The position numbers were made by a program, and so were the translations under genes. Under the pieces are notes generated by a model. It did not search any database, had not been told where the DNA came from, and was given only the letters and a program-made list of their open reading frames with translations. Positions 39,201 through 51,200 of a DNA stretch of 64,000 nt are shown piece by piece. The stretch is from Mobula hypostoma (lineage: Eukaryota). Every line of letters begins with the position of its first letter. The first letter of the stretch is position 1. The stretch spans positions 12,154,001 to 12,218,000 of the forward strand of contig NC_086101.1 of assembly GCF_963921235.1 (NCBI RefSeq), given 5' to 3'.

Positions 39201-40931
39201 GAGAGGCAGGATTTATGAACATTTGGAGAGGCATAATATGATTAGGAATAGTCAGCATGGCTTTGTCAAGGGCAGGTCGTGCCTTACAAGCCTGATTGAA
39301 TTTTTTGAGGATGTGACTAAACACTGATGAAGGTAGAGCAGTAGATGTAGCGTATATGAATTTCAGCAAGGCATTTGATAAAATAGTCCATGCAAGGCTT
39401 ATTGAGACAGTAAGGAGGCATGGGATCCAAGGGGACATTGCTTTATGGATCCTGAACTGGCTTGCCCACAGAAGGCAAAGAGTGGTTGTAGATGGGTCAT
39501 ATTCTGCATGGAGGTCGGTGACCAGTGGTGTGCCTCAGGAATCTGTTCTGGGACCCTTACTGTTAGTGATTTTTATAAATGACCTGGATGAGGAAGTGGA
39601 GGGATGGGTTAGTAAGTTTGCTGATGACCCAAAGGTTGGAGGTGTTGTGGATAGTGTGGAGAGCTGTCAGAAGTTACAGTGGGACATTGATAAGATGCAA
39701 AACTGGGCTGAGAAGTGGCAGTTGGAGTTCAACCCAGATAAGTGTGAAGTGGTTCATTTTGGTTGGTCAAATGTGATGGCAGAATCCGATGTTCATCCAT
39801 CGTCAATGTCGATGAGGACCTCAGCACCATTATGATGGTGTCGAAACTAGCACGTGATTTGGATTTAAGTGAGGGAGAGTTGCGCAGCGTCAGCCTCACT
39901 CTCTCTTCCCAATTCCCATCTGGATTCAGTGGCAAGACAGAGTGGAGACGGCTGGAGATGGGACTAGGCGGAGTGGATGACCAGGACGTCTTCTGTGTCT
40001 TGTCCTGCTCTACACGTTCCACGACGCTTGCAGAGACTGCCTTCTTGACCATTGAACCTTCCGTTGGTCTCGTCCGCTCAATCCGCCGGAGTCAGTCTTC
40101 ACATGCTGGGATTGACATCTCCCTATCTCACCGAGGGTTTGAGACCCATTGGCTACCCTCATCTGGTGTGTGTGCCCAGGGTGTGGCCGCTGTCGCATGC
40201 AAACAGTAATGGTAGAATATAATTTTAATGGTAAAACTCTTGGCAGTGTGGAGGATCAGAGGGATCTTGGGGTCCGAGTCCATAGGACACTCAAAGCAGC
40301 TGCACAGGTTGACTCTGTGCTTAAGAAGGCGTGAATTGAATTTAGGAGCCGAGTGGTAATATTGCAGCTCTGTAGGACCCCGGTCAGACCCCACTTGGAG
40401 TACTGTGCTCAGTTCTGGTCACCTCACTACAGGAAGATTGTGGAAGCCATAGAAAGGGTGCAGAGGAGAATTTACAAGGATGTTGCCTGGATTGGGTAGC
40501 ATGCCTTATGAAAATAGGTTGAGTGAGCTCTGCTTTTTCTCCTTGGAGCGACAGAGGATGAGTGGTGACCTGATAGAGGTGTATAAGATGATGAGATGCA
40601 TTGATCATGTGCAAAGTCAGAGGCTTTTTACCAGGGCTGAAATAGTTGCCACAAGAGGACACAGGTTTAAGGTGCTGGGGAGCAGGTACAGAGGAGATGT
40701 CAGGAGTAAGTTTTTTACTCAGAGTGGGGAGTGCGTGGAATGGGCTACTGGCAACAGTGGTGGAGGCAGATACGATAGGCTCTTTCCTTAAGAGACTTGT
40801 AGATAGGTACATGGAGCTTCGAAAAATAGAGGGCTATAGGTAAGCCTAGAAATTTCTAAGGTATGGAAATGTTCGGCACAACTCTGTGGGCCGAAGGGCC
40901 TGTATTGTGCTGTAGGTTTTCTATGTTTCTA
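36201..40931 (+). mobile_element. Full-length CR1 LINE with repeated 5' UTR, ORF1 (CxxC..CxxC zipper and SGNH esterase) and disrupted ORF2
   Basis: CARCQMW...ICTRCVELQLLRDRVRELEMQL; VIGDSTVRG, VHIGTN, DGLHLN; ORF2 pieces at 37680-40840; tail ttctatgtttctatg. Confidence 0.93.
39786..40208 (-). mobile_element. 423 bp non-coding retroposon inserted in CR1 ORF2, possibly RTE-related
   Basis: Interrupts the CR1 frame at VVHFGWSNVMAE / EYNFNGKTL; flanking duplication atggcagaat (39776-39785) and atggtagaat (40209-40218). Strand and family are inferred. Confidence 0.6.
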
Positions 40932-41204
40932 TGTAAAAGGTTGGCCACCCCTGCAGTACATGGTAGAATTGTTCTTTCTTCACACCGCCCTCCCTCCCAT
41001 CTTCCTCCACCCCGTCATGTCCAGGTGTGGGTCACTTGACCCCTCCCCACTCCACCTCCCAGACACACAAGGTTCTTTAAAAATTGTCATCTTTCTATTA
41101 TTAAGTTTACGTTGGTTAATAAGACCTTTTTGTGAATTGTTTTAACCACTGAGACTAATTGAGACTCATGCATTACATCTTTGAAGAGAGCAGTAGGGTA
41201 TGAT

Positions 41205-44200
41205 TGAAGTACAGCACAGGAACAGGCCTTTCGGCCCATCTAGTCCATGCTAAAATCATTTAAACTGCCTACTCCAATCAACCATCGCCCTCTATATCCC
41301 TGTTATCCATGTACCTGTCCAAAATTTTCTTAAACTGAAACCGAGCTTGCATGCACCACTTGCACTGGGAGTTCATTATACACTCTCACGACCCTCTGAG
41401 TGACGAAGTTTCCCCTCGTTCCCTTAAACTTCTCACCTTTCACCCTTAACCCATGACTTGTTTGTAGTCCCACCCAGCCTCAGTGGAAAAAGCCTGCCTG
41501 CGGTTACCCTATTGATACCCTTTATAAGTTTACATACGTACACCAAATCTCCTCTCAATCTTTTACATTCTAAAGAATACAGTCGGAACCTTCCCTTATA
41601 ACTCAGATCCTCCAGACCCAGCAACATCCTTGTGAATTTTTTCCACTCTTTCAACCTTGCCTACATCTTTTTTTGTAGATGGGTAACCGAAACTGCACAC
41701 ACTACTCCAAATTGGGCCTCACCAACATCTTGTACAACTTCAACATAACATTCAATCCTGCATACAGTATTTTGATTTATGAAGGCCAATGTGTCAAAAG
41801 CTTCCTTTACTACCCTGTCTACCTGTGACATTACTTTCAATGAATTATGGACCTGGATTCCCAGATCCCTTTGTTCTACCACATTCCTCATTGCCCTACC
41901 GTTCACTATGTAAGACCTACCCTGGTTGGTTCTACTAAAGTGCAACACCTCGTATTTGTCTGTATTAAGTTCCATCTGCCATTTTCCAGCTGATGCAGAT
42001 CCGTCTGCAAGCCATTATGGGCTTCCTCACTGTCCACCACAACCCCAATCTTCATGTCATCCGCAAACTTGCTGATCCAGTTCCCCACATTATCATCCTG
42101 ATCATTGATATAGATGGCAAACAGCAAAGGACCCAACACCAATCCCCACAGCCAGGCCTCCAGTCAGAGAGACAACCCTTTACTACCACTCTCTGGCTTC
42201 TCCCACGAAGCCAGTCTAATCCAGTTTGCTACCTCATCCTGAATGCCGAGAGACTCTACCTTCTTGACCAGCCTCCTATGCAGACCTTATTGATGTCCAT
42301 GTAGTCAACATCCACTGCTTTGCCTTCATCCACTTTCCAGGTAACTTCCTCGAAAAACTGATTGGTTAGACTTGACCTATCACACACAAAGCCATGCTGA
42401 CTATCCTTAATCAGCCCATATCTATCTAAATACTTGTATTTGCTCCCTTAGAATACCTTCCAAAAACTTTCCCAGTGTCAGACTCACTGGCCTATAATTT
42501 CCTCGTTTATGATTAGTCTTTTTTAAACAGTGGAATGACATTGGCTATCCTCCGATTCTCTGGAAGCTCTTCTATCATTAAGAATGTTTTAAATATCTCT
42601 GCTAAGGCCCCAGCAATTTTTGCACTTGTCTCCCATCGTTTCCAAGGGAACACCTTGTCAGGCCCTGGGGATTTATCTACCCTGATTTGCCTCAGGGTAG
42701 CAAACACCTCATCCTCTAATCTGTGCAATGTCTATTAAGTTGATGCTGCTTTATCTTATCTCTATAGATTCGTCTCTGTCTCCTGAGTAAATACAGATGC
42801 AAAGAACTCATCTAAGATCTTCCTCCATCTGTTTTGGCTCCACACATGGATCACCATTCTGATCTTCCAGAGGACCAATTTGGTCCCTTGGAATCCTTTT
42901 GCTCTTAACATATTTGTAGAATCCCTTAGGATCCCCCTTCACTTTGTCTGCAAGAGCTATTCATGCCTTCTTTTAGCCCTCCCGATTTCCTCAAGTGTTC
43001 TCTTGCAGTTCTTGTACTCCATAAGCACCTAATTTGTTTCTACTTACCTATACCTGCTATGTACCTCCTTTTTTCTCTTAACCAGGGCCTCAATATCTCT
43101 TGAAAACAAAGATTCTCTAAACTTGTTATCTCTACCTTTTATTCTGACAGGCACATGCAAGCATTGTATTCTCAATATTTCCTTTTTTTTTGAAGGCCTC
43201 CCACTTTCCAAGTACATCTTTGCCTTGTCCCAATCCATACTTGTCAGATCAGTTCTGATACCATCAAAATTGGCCTTTCTCAAATTTAGAATCTCAACCT
43301 GTAGACCAGACCTATCTTTTTGCATATTTGCTTTGAAACTAATGGCATTGTGGTCACAGGATGCGAAGTGTTCTCTTACACAAGCTTCTGTCACCTGCCT
43401 TGTCTCACTCCCTAACAGCAGATTCAGTATTGCATGCTCTCTCATTGGGACTTCTACATAGAGATGAAGGAAACATTCCTGAACACGTTTGACAAACTAT
43501 ATCCTATCTAGTCCTTTTACAGTATGGGATTCCCAGTCAATATGTGAAAAGTTGAAATCACTTGCTATTACAACCTTATGTTTCTTGCAACAGTCTGCGA
43601 ACTATTTAAAAATTTGTTCCTCATGAATGCCTAGGACTATTGGGTGGTCTGAAATATAGCCCCATTAATGTGGTCATACCTTTCTTATTTCTCAGTTCCA
43701 CCCATTATGTCTCACTAGTAGAGTTCCCCAGTCTGGCCTGACAGTGCACTGCCCAGACATTTTCCCTAACTGGTATTGCCTTCCCTCCCGCTCTGTCGTT
43801 TCTATAACAACGGAACCCCGGAATACTGAGCTGCCAATCCTTCCTTTCCTGCAGCCAAGTCTCACTAACGGCTACAATGTCATGATGCCAGATGTTGATC
43901 CATGCCCTGAGCTCATCCGCCCTTCCTACAATATTTCTTGCATTCAAGTACATGCAGCTCAGAAAACTAGTCAACCTTTTGATTCCTAACTTTGTCTAAG
44001 GTCTTGCCAACATCTGCCTCCACAGCCTCTCCACTAGCTGTTCTGGCGCTATGGTTCCCATCCCCTTGCAACTCTAGTTTAGACCCCACCATGCCGCATT
44101 AACAAACTTTTCCACAAGCATTCAAGTCCCCTTCCAGTCAGGTGCAAGCATCCCCTTCGGTACAGGTCCCACCTCCCCTGGAAGAGAGCCCAATGATCCA

Positions 44201-45350
44201 AAAATCTTGCACCTTCTCTCCTACACCAACTCCTTAGCCACATAAACTGTATAATCTTCCTAGTTCTGGCCTCCCTAGTATGTGGTATGGGTAGCAATCC
44301 TGAGATCGCAACTCTGGAGTTCCTGCCCTTTAACTTGGCACCTAACTCCATGAACTCCCTTTGCAGAACCTCATCACTCAGCCTATCCATGTCATTGGTA
44401 CCTACCTGGACCACGACTTCTGGCTGTTCACCCTCCCACTGAAGAATGCTGAGGACTCATTCTGAGATATCCTGGACCTTGGCACCCAGGGGGCAATATA
44501 CCATCCTGGAATCTCGTTCTCACCCATAGAACCTCCTGTCTTTTCCCCTAACTAGTGAACCCTCTGTCACCACAGCGCGCCTCTTCTCCTGCCACTCCTT
44601 CTGAGTCACAGAGCCAGACTCAGTGCAAGAGACCCTACAACGGTGACTTTCCTCTGTTAGGTCCTCTCCCCTCCCCCCACCCCCGACAGTGATACTGTTG
44701 TTGAGGGGGGTGGCCGTAGGGGTCCTCTGCACTGGTGTTCAACTCCTTTCCCCTTCCTGACTGTCACCCAGTTTCCTGTGTCCTGCACCTTGGATGTATC
44801 TACCTCTCTATATGCCCTGCTATCATCCCTTCAGCTTCCTGAATAATTCAGAGTTCATTCAGTTCCAGCTCCAGCTCCTTAACGTGGATTGTTAGAAGCT
44901 GCAGCTGGATGCACTTCTCACAGTTGTAGTCAGGGACACCGGAGGTCTCCCTGCCTTCCCACATCCTGCAAGAGGAGCATTTGACTATCCTTCCTGTCAT
45001 CTCTACTGTCCTAGCTGAGCAGATATAAAGAATGGAAGTGGTGGGTGGGGGGGAGCACTTTACCAAGGGGTTTTCTTTGTTTTGTTTTTTTTTTATTTTG
45101 TTGCCTTCTCTGACTGAAGACTCGAAGAGCTAAAGCCTCAATATCACCGCTCTCACTGTGTCCACTCTGACGATGGCCGCTGTTCTTGTCCCTGCCTTCC
45201 TTTAATTTGCTCTTGCTAATCAATCTCAAAGGCTGTTCCGAGCTCAGTTATGCTGCCGCAATCTGATACTGCCTTTTTCTACTGGGTCAGTGGACCTGAT
45301 TGAAATCACCTCCTCTCAGACTTCTGATTGGTCACTAGCCTGAGCCTTTC
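41205..45350 (-). mobile_element. Third full-length decayed CR1 LINE
   Basis: ORF1 CSSCRMW..CEKCIQLQLL and VQVGTND; ORF2 YLNARN, DKSPGPD, KFADD fragments. Confidence 0.88.
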
Positions 45351-45609
45351 AATTTCAGAGATAAAATTGAAAGGCTTGGGAAAGCTAGGCAATAGTTCTT
45401 TGGACTGTATTGCCAAAGGCAGTGGAGATTTCATGGTTAATTCCTGTGTATGATTCTCCTGGTGGACAGCATCTGTCAAGATGGTGTATGAGGTGGCACA
45501 GATGCACTATAATATAAACACAAAATAATCTGCTGATGCTGGGGTCAAAGCAACACTCACAACACGCTGGAGGAACTCAGCAGGTTGGGCAGCATCCATG
45601 GAAAAGATC

Positions 45610-45645
45610 GGTCGACGTTTCGGGCCGGAACCCTTCGTCAGGACT
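45610..45645 (-). ncRNA. Minimal hammerhead ribozyme, intact core
   Basis: Minus strand AGTC-CTGACGA-AGGGTTCCGGCCC-GAAA-CGTC-GACC. Confidence 0.75.
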
Positions 45646-46277
45646 GTAAGGGGAAGGGGCAGAGGCCCTATAAAGAAGGTGGGGGGAGGCTGGGAAGGAG
45701 AAGGCTGGTAGGTTCCAGGTGAAAAACCAGTGAGGGGAAAGATAAAGGGGTGGGGGAGGGGAAGCAGGGAGGTGATAGGCAGGAAAGGTGAAGAAAGAAT
45801 AGGGGAAAACACAATGGGTAGTAGAAGGAGGTGGAACCATGAGGGAGGTGATAGGCAGCTGGGGGAGGAGGCAGAGTGAAATAGGGATAGGGGAAGGGAG
45901 GGGGAGGGAATTACCAGAAGTTGGAGAATTCTATGTTCATACCAAGGGGCTGGAGACTACCTAGACAGTATATGAGGTGTTGCTCCTCCAACCTGAGTTT
46001 AAAACAGACAGGATCTCCCAGTAGCCACCCACTTCAACTCTGCTTCCCACTCCCATTCAGATATTACCATACATGGCCTCATCTACTGCCATGATGAGGC
46101 TAAACCCATTGTGTTTTCCCCTATTCTTTCTTCACCTTTCCTGCCTATCACCTCCCTGCTTCCCTTCCCCCACCCCTGTATCTTTCCCCTTATTGGTTTT
46201 TCACCTGGAACCTACCAGCCTTCTCCTTCCCACCCTCCCCCCACCTTCTTTATAGGGCTTCTGCCCCTTCCCCTTAC

Positions 46278-46313
46278 AGTCCTGACGAAGGGTTCCGGCC
46301 CGAAACGTCGACC
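46278..46313 (+). ncRNA. Minimal hammerhead ribozyme, intact core, sense to TCF19
   Basis: AGTC-CTGACGA-AGGGTTCCGGCCC-GAAA-CGTC-GACC. Confidence 0.75.
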
Positions 46314-46889
46314 GATCTTTTCCACGGATGCTGCCCGACCTGCTGAGTTCCTCCAGTGTGTTGTGAGTGTTGCACTATAATATAATTAGATACAGTCAAA
46401 CACCATAATGAACAAAGCTCACAATCTGATTATTAACTTCCTTCTGAAATTTTCCGTATGAGGAAAACTATGAACTGGGGAGCCCGAAGGCCATATGTTC
46501 CTGCTGATTACTACAAGAATTGTGCTACAACGTTGCCTTGGATTTGCTCCTACGGGACACTCTCCAGTTTTGATCCACAAAGTAGAAATTCAGCTGGCAT
46601 TAAAACAAAAAAGGTTTTATAAAAAAAAACTGATCCTAAATTTGAAGAGAATATGATTTATGAAAATGCTTTAGTTCTGTTCTTTTGGAGTTGATCTGAT
46701 GCTGGTTAGTGGAACACTTGCATTAGTAGTGCACTCCTGTGGCAAACTGGCCCTCATTTCCCTGTCATTCCCTTTTCCTGTCTTTAGAAACCTCCAAATG
46801 CTTGTTATGAAGCCTCTTGTTTAATAGAGCTTGGAAAAACTTCCTCCTCCTTGCCCAAAACTTTGACTCTTTATTCCTTTCCATAGATT

Positions 46890-47845
46890 CCTTCCCATCA
46901 TTGCAAAGTGCTTTGAGAGACTGGTTCTACCACATCTGAAATCCGGTCTGCCCACTACCCTGGACCCCCATCAATTTGCTTATCGCACCAACAGGTTAAC
47001 AGAGGATGCCATCTCCACGGCACTTCTCTCTGCCCCAACTCTTGCGTTAGAATGCTGTTCATTGACTTTAGTTCGGCATTCAGTACTGTGATCCCCTCCA
47101 AGCAGATCGTCAAACTTCGCCAGCTTGGTATTAGCTCATCCCTCTGCAATTGGACCTTGGACTTTCTGACTAACAGACCCCAATCAGTTAAGTTAGACAA
47201 CCTCTCCTCCTCCACTCTCACCCTGAACACCGGCGTGCCTCAAGGCTGTGTGCTGAGCCCTCTTCTGTACTCCCTTTTTACCTATGACTGCGTTCCTGTA
47301 CGTGGTTCTAACTCCATAATCAAGTTCTCAGACGACACCATGGTGGTTGGCCTGATCAGAGGGGTTGACGAGATGGCCTACAGGGATGGAGTCCAGCACC
47401 TGGCCGCGTGGTGTGCCGACAACAACCTGACCCTTAACACCCGGAAGACCAAAGAGATCATTGTGGACTTCAGGCATGCTAGGAGCCACACTCACGTCCC
47501 CACCTACATCAACTGAGCTGTAGTGGAGTGTGTATCAAGGTTTAAATTCCTTGGTGTCCACATTTCTGAGGATCTCACCTGGTCCCTGAACTCCTCCAGC
47601 CTGATCAAAAAGGCACAACAGTGCATTTATTTCCCACGGAGCATCAAGAAAGGTCATCTCTGTCCCAGGATACTGACGCACTTTTACCGCTGTACCATTG
47701 AGAGCATACTCACCAACTACATCTCAGTGTGGTATGGCGATCGTCCCGTATCGGACCGCAAGGCACTCCAGCGTGTGGTGAAAACTGCCCAGCGGATTAT
47801 TAGCACCCAATTGCCCACCACTGAGAACATCTGCCATAAACGCTG
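46890..47845 (+). mobile_element. Rex1/Babar-type LINE RT fragment (second family)
   Basis: [60 protein letters not shown]. Confidence 0.88.
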
Positions 47846-48034
47846 CCTGACCTGCTGAGTTCCTCCAGCACATTGTGTATATGTGTGTGTCTGTGTCTCT
47901 GGATTTCCAGGATCTCCAGAATTTCTTGTGTTTATGTGAAAAATTGAAGGACTGAGACAATGCAACAGATTATGATACATTGTATTGTACAGCAATAGGA
48001 TTTTTTTTAAACTGTTGTAGTTTTTGTCTTTCAG

Positions 48035-48290
48035 AAAGAAACGAGGTCGTCCCCGTAAGCATCCTTTAGGCAGCATTCCACTTGGTTCGAAAGTTACGTG
48101 TAAGGTCTTCACCCACACACTGTATGCTGCTGAACAGTGTGCCGCTGAGCAGTGCCAGTTGCCACAGGAAGATACTGTCGAGTGGGTGCAGTGCGATGAT
48201 TGTGATGCATGGTATCACATCGCTTGTGTTGGGTGCAACTACATCGCTATGAAAGAAGCATCAGCGGAGTTCCACTGTGGCTGCACGTAA
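48035..48290 (+). CDS. TCF19: TCF19 coding exon 3 (AT-hook and PHD finger), stop TAA at 48288-48290
   Basis: Acceptor tttttgtctttcag|A completes the GG|A codon; [38 protein letters not shown]. Confidence 0.93.
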
Positions 48291-51200
48291 CCGTCACTTT
48301 ATAATCAGTCTTCCGGTTAGGGTTTGCCTTAAAGCTTTAAGCTTGAGAGAAGATGTTGGTGATCTGAGGAGTCTACTGGCTGCTTGTCTACCATTTTGTC
48401 CCTGAGATTTGAGTGAACTTCAGATTTTAAAAGGCTGCATATTCTTCCTTTTAAATTACTTCATTTGTAAAGTGCTAGAAATATGGCAACTGATAAGTGG
48501 GACCAATCAGGTGAATGAAAATTACATTATAATTTCAGTTTCACTGAAGGGAATATTATTACTGATTATTTCTGTTTTCCAATGTACAAAACCAGTATGA
48601 ACTTCTGCAAAATACCTGAACATTTGGTTATTTCTATATCGTCTCAACTTTCCATTATTCACTTTGCAAAATTCTATTTTCATACCACCTGTAAAACTGT
48701 GAGATTAACCTTCTGATTACTTCACAGTAAGTGGGGGAGCAGGATTTATTTTTATTGTTTTTGGACCATGAAGGACAAATCCTTTGCTTTCTTCAACAGT
48801 GGGAAGAACTGTGGAGACTTCAACAATCTCTATACAACCTGACCAATTTAGCTAACTGCAGCACAGTGGCTCTGCGTTGATATCGGGGAAAATCCATTCG
48901 GATTACTTTTGCTGATTGATGTCCAGTACTTTTAACGTTGGCTATTATCATGTGTGTGAAATTGGATCCATACTGCTGAAGTTCCTAGTGCAGAGATGCC
49001 CGTAAACTCGGGCTGTTGTGTGAATCTGCACCTGACACCTTGTATTTGTGGAACTGTTCCTTTCTCAGTCTAACAACCATTGGGTGGTTCTTTTAGTCAG
49101 GATTAGATAGTTGTAACATCAAACTGCTGGGTCTGTCTTGGAGGAGGTGCTTGTTAAAGTTGTATTTTTCTGGTTGTACTTGAGTATTAAGGGTATGCTC
49201 AGGGAGATAAAGGAATAGATCATTGCTACGACTGAATTGAGCAGGAATAGCCTAGTTTCATGCATCAATTCAGTGGAGGCTTGTCACTCCTTGCAGACCA
49301 GGTACTCTCTCCCACCACCTCCCCTCCCCCCCACCCCTTAGGAAAGGAAGTGGTGTTTATGTGTGTTTTCTGATCCTTGATGCAGGGAATTGCGTTCATT
49401 ATAGCTGTCAACCAACTCTGCATTTTTGACTTGATTATCATCCGATTTGTTTATTACAGAAATGTAACGTTTTGGACAGTTGAATATATGGTGTGTACCA
49501 GTTCTTTGCTCTGGTTGACTAAATGATAATTAGAAATCTGCATTGAGTACTGGAAAGAATGGTGGGAGACTGTGGCAGAGCCTGATGATGTTAGCTAACC
49601 TCAAAAAAAAATTAATAAAAGGTGCATTCTTCCCTTTGGACTTTCAGTATCAGAATCCAATGGGCTATTTTTATGTAAAGCATTATTTCAAAATGGCTTG
49701 GGGCAGTAAAATTATTATAGCAGCAGCAATAATATTAAATATTGTGAGGCAGATCCTTGAGCATCTAAGACCTAAGCACTGCCTTCTTTTTTTCCTTAGC
49801 CGTATCACCTCACCTGGGCATAAGCTGCTGACGGTCCACTGTCCTGGGCCAGTCTTTCAAGTTGTCCCTACGTATAGCCCATCTTGGTTCTTCCTCTTCC
49901 CAGTGATGAGGTCTTTGGACCTTCTGTAGCTCTGGGATGGGGTCTCCAGCCCCCTGTCCAACTCTCCTCCTTTCGCAGCTGGGTTTGAAACCATCCATTG
50001 CAGAGCTAAGTGCTGCATTTAAACAAGAAATTAGCTCCTGACCAGCCTGTTTTTGATTTACAGTACGTGCAGCCTTTACAATGGTTCTGTATCTGGTTTA
50101 AATAAGTGGGTGTGATCATGTGATGGATCTAGAATTTAAGGTTAAAATGACCATTTTTGCAGCTACTTAAGCCATTGCTTCTGGATGTAAATCAGTACAA
50201 CTAAATCCGTAAAAATAGTTATGATAGGTTTATGGGTTACTTAAAATAGTGCACACACATGACAGCCTGAAATAGTGGTCTTGCTCTAAGACTACAAAAT
50301 TGGATGATGCAACAGCACATTTATTGAGTTTCTATGAGGGAAAGTCGAAGAATGATCATTTCAAGTTTGTGGAAGTTTGATCTTGACATGCTGATGATTA
50401 TTCTGTGAACCTTTTTCTGACACTGATCAGGCTTCACCAGAGAGTATTCATTAATATATTTCTCCGGTTACAAGTAAATGAATGACTTCAGTTGATTCAC
50501 TTACTCTGTTTTAAATGAATGTATCATGTACCTTTGATTCATTTCCTTCATACTGTTGACTTTGCCTACCATGAACCAAGTTATTTTTCCTAATACATCA
50601 GTAAATATAATTCCAATTTTAGTAAATATTATCAAAGCAATAGAAAGCTGAGAAAGTAACCTGATTACTGAATTTGAGCTCCTCTGGGTCTTATTCCAAC
50701 TTTCCAACTAGTATGGATCTCTAAATGTTTAGAAATAGGGAATTTTATTTGTCTGTTGTCTCATTTGTGTTGGTCCCGCTGTCCACTCCTCATCTATTTT
50801 CCTTCACTTTGTGACAGCGTTGTGTAATAATGAGAGAGTTGACCTTAATGGGCAAAGGAGGGAGCTACTAAAACATAACTACTTTGTAAGAACAAACTTA
50901 AACTAAACTAGATTTTGATGTAGTTTGGCATGAAAAGCATTAATTTGACCTATTTCCAAAATAAATCTATGGATTTATGAATGAGGACAGTGTATGTAGG
51001 GAGAAATTTTCAAGCAAGATTGGTTTGCAATTCAATCAAATTCTATGCCCTCTGATTGTCTCAAAGCACCTTACAGTTAATGAGGTATTTCAGAAATGTA
51101 GTCACAGGAAACATTTGAATAAACTAGAAAACAGAACAGATGTGTTTTGTTCTTAATGGGTTTGTTGTGATCTGAAATGCACTGACTGATAAAGGGTTAG

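Larger units (their letters stand above)
36043..40953. mobile_element. hAT/Charlie-type MITE (~180 bp) split by a full-length CR1
   Basis: TIRs CAGGGGTGGCCAACC at 36043-36057 and GGTTGGCCACCCCTG at 40939-40953; 8 bp flanks ctctacat and cagtacat. Confidence 0.8.
45518..46370. mobile_element. Back-to-back inverted Penelope pair with target-site duplication
   Basis: Arms 45550-45819 and 46104-46373 are reverse complements; direct repeat tgcactataatataa at 45503-45517 and 46371-46385. Confidence 0.88.
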
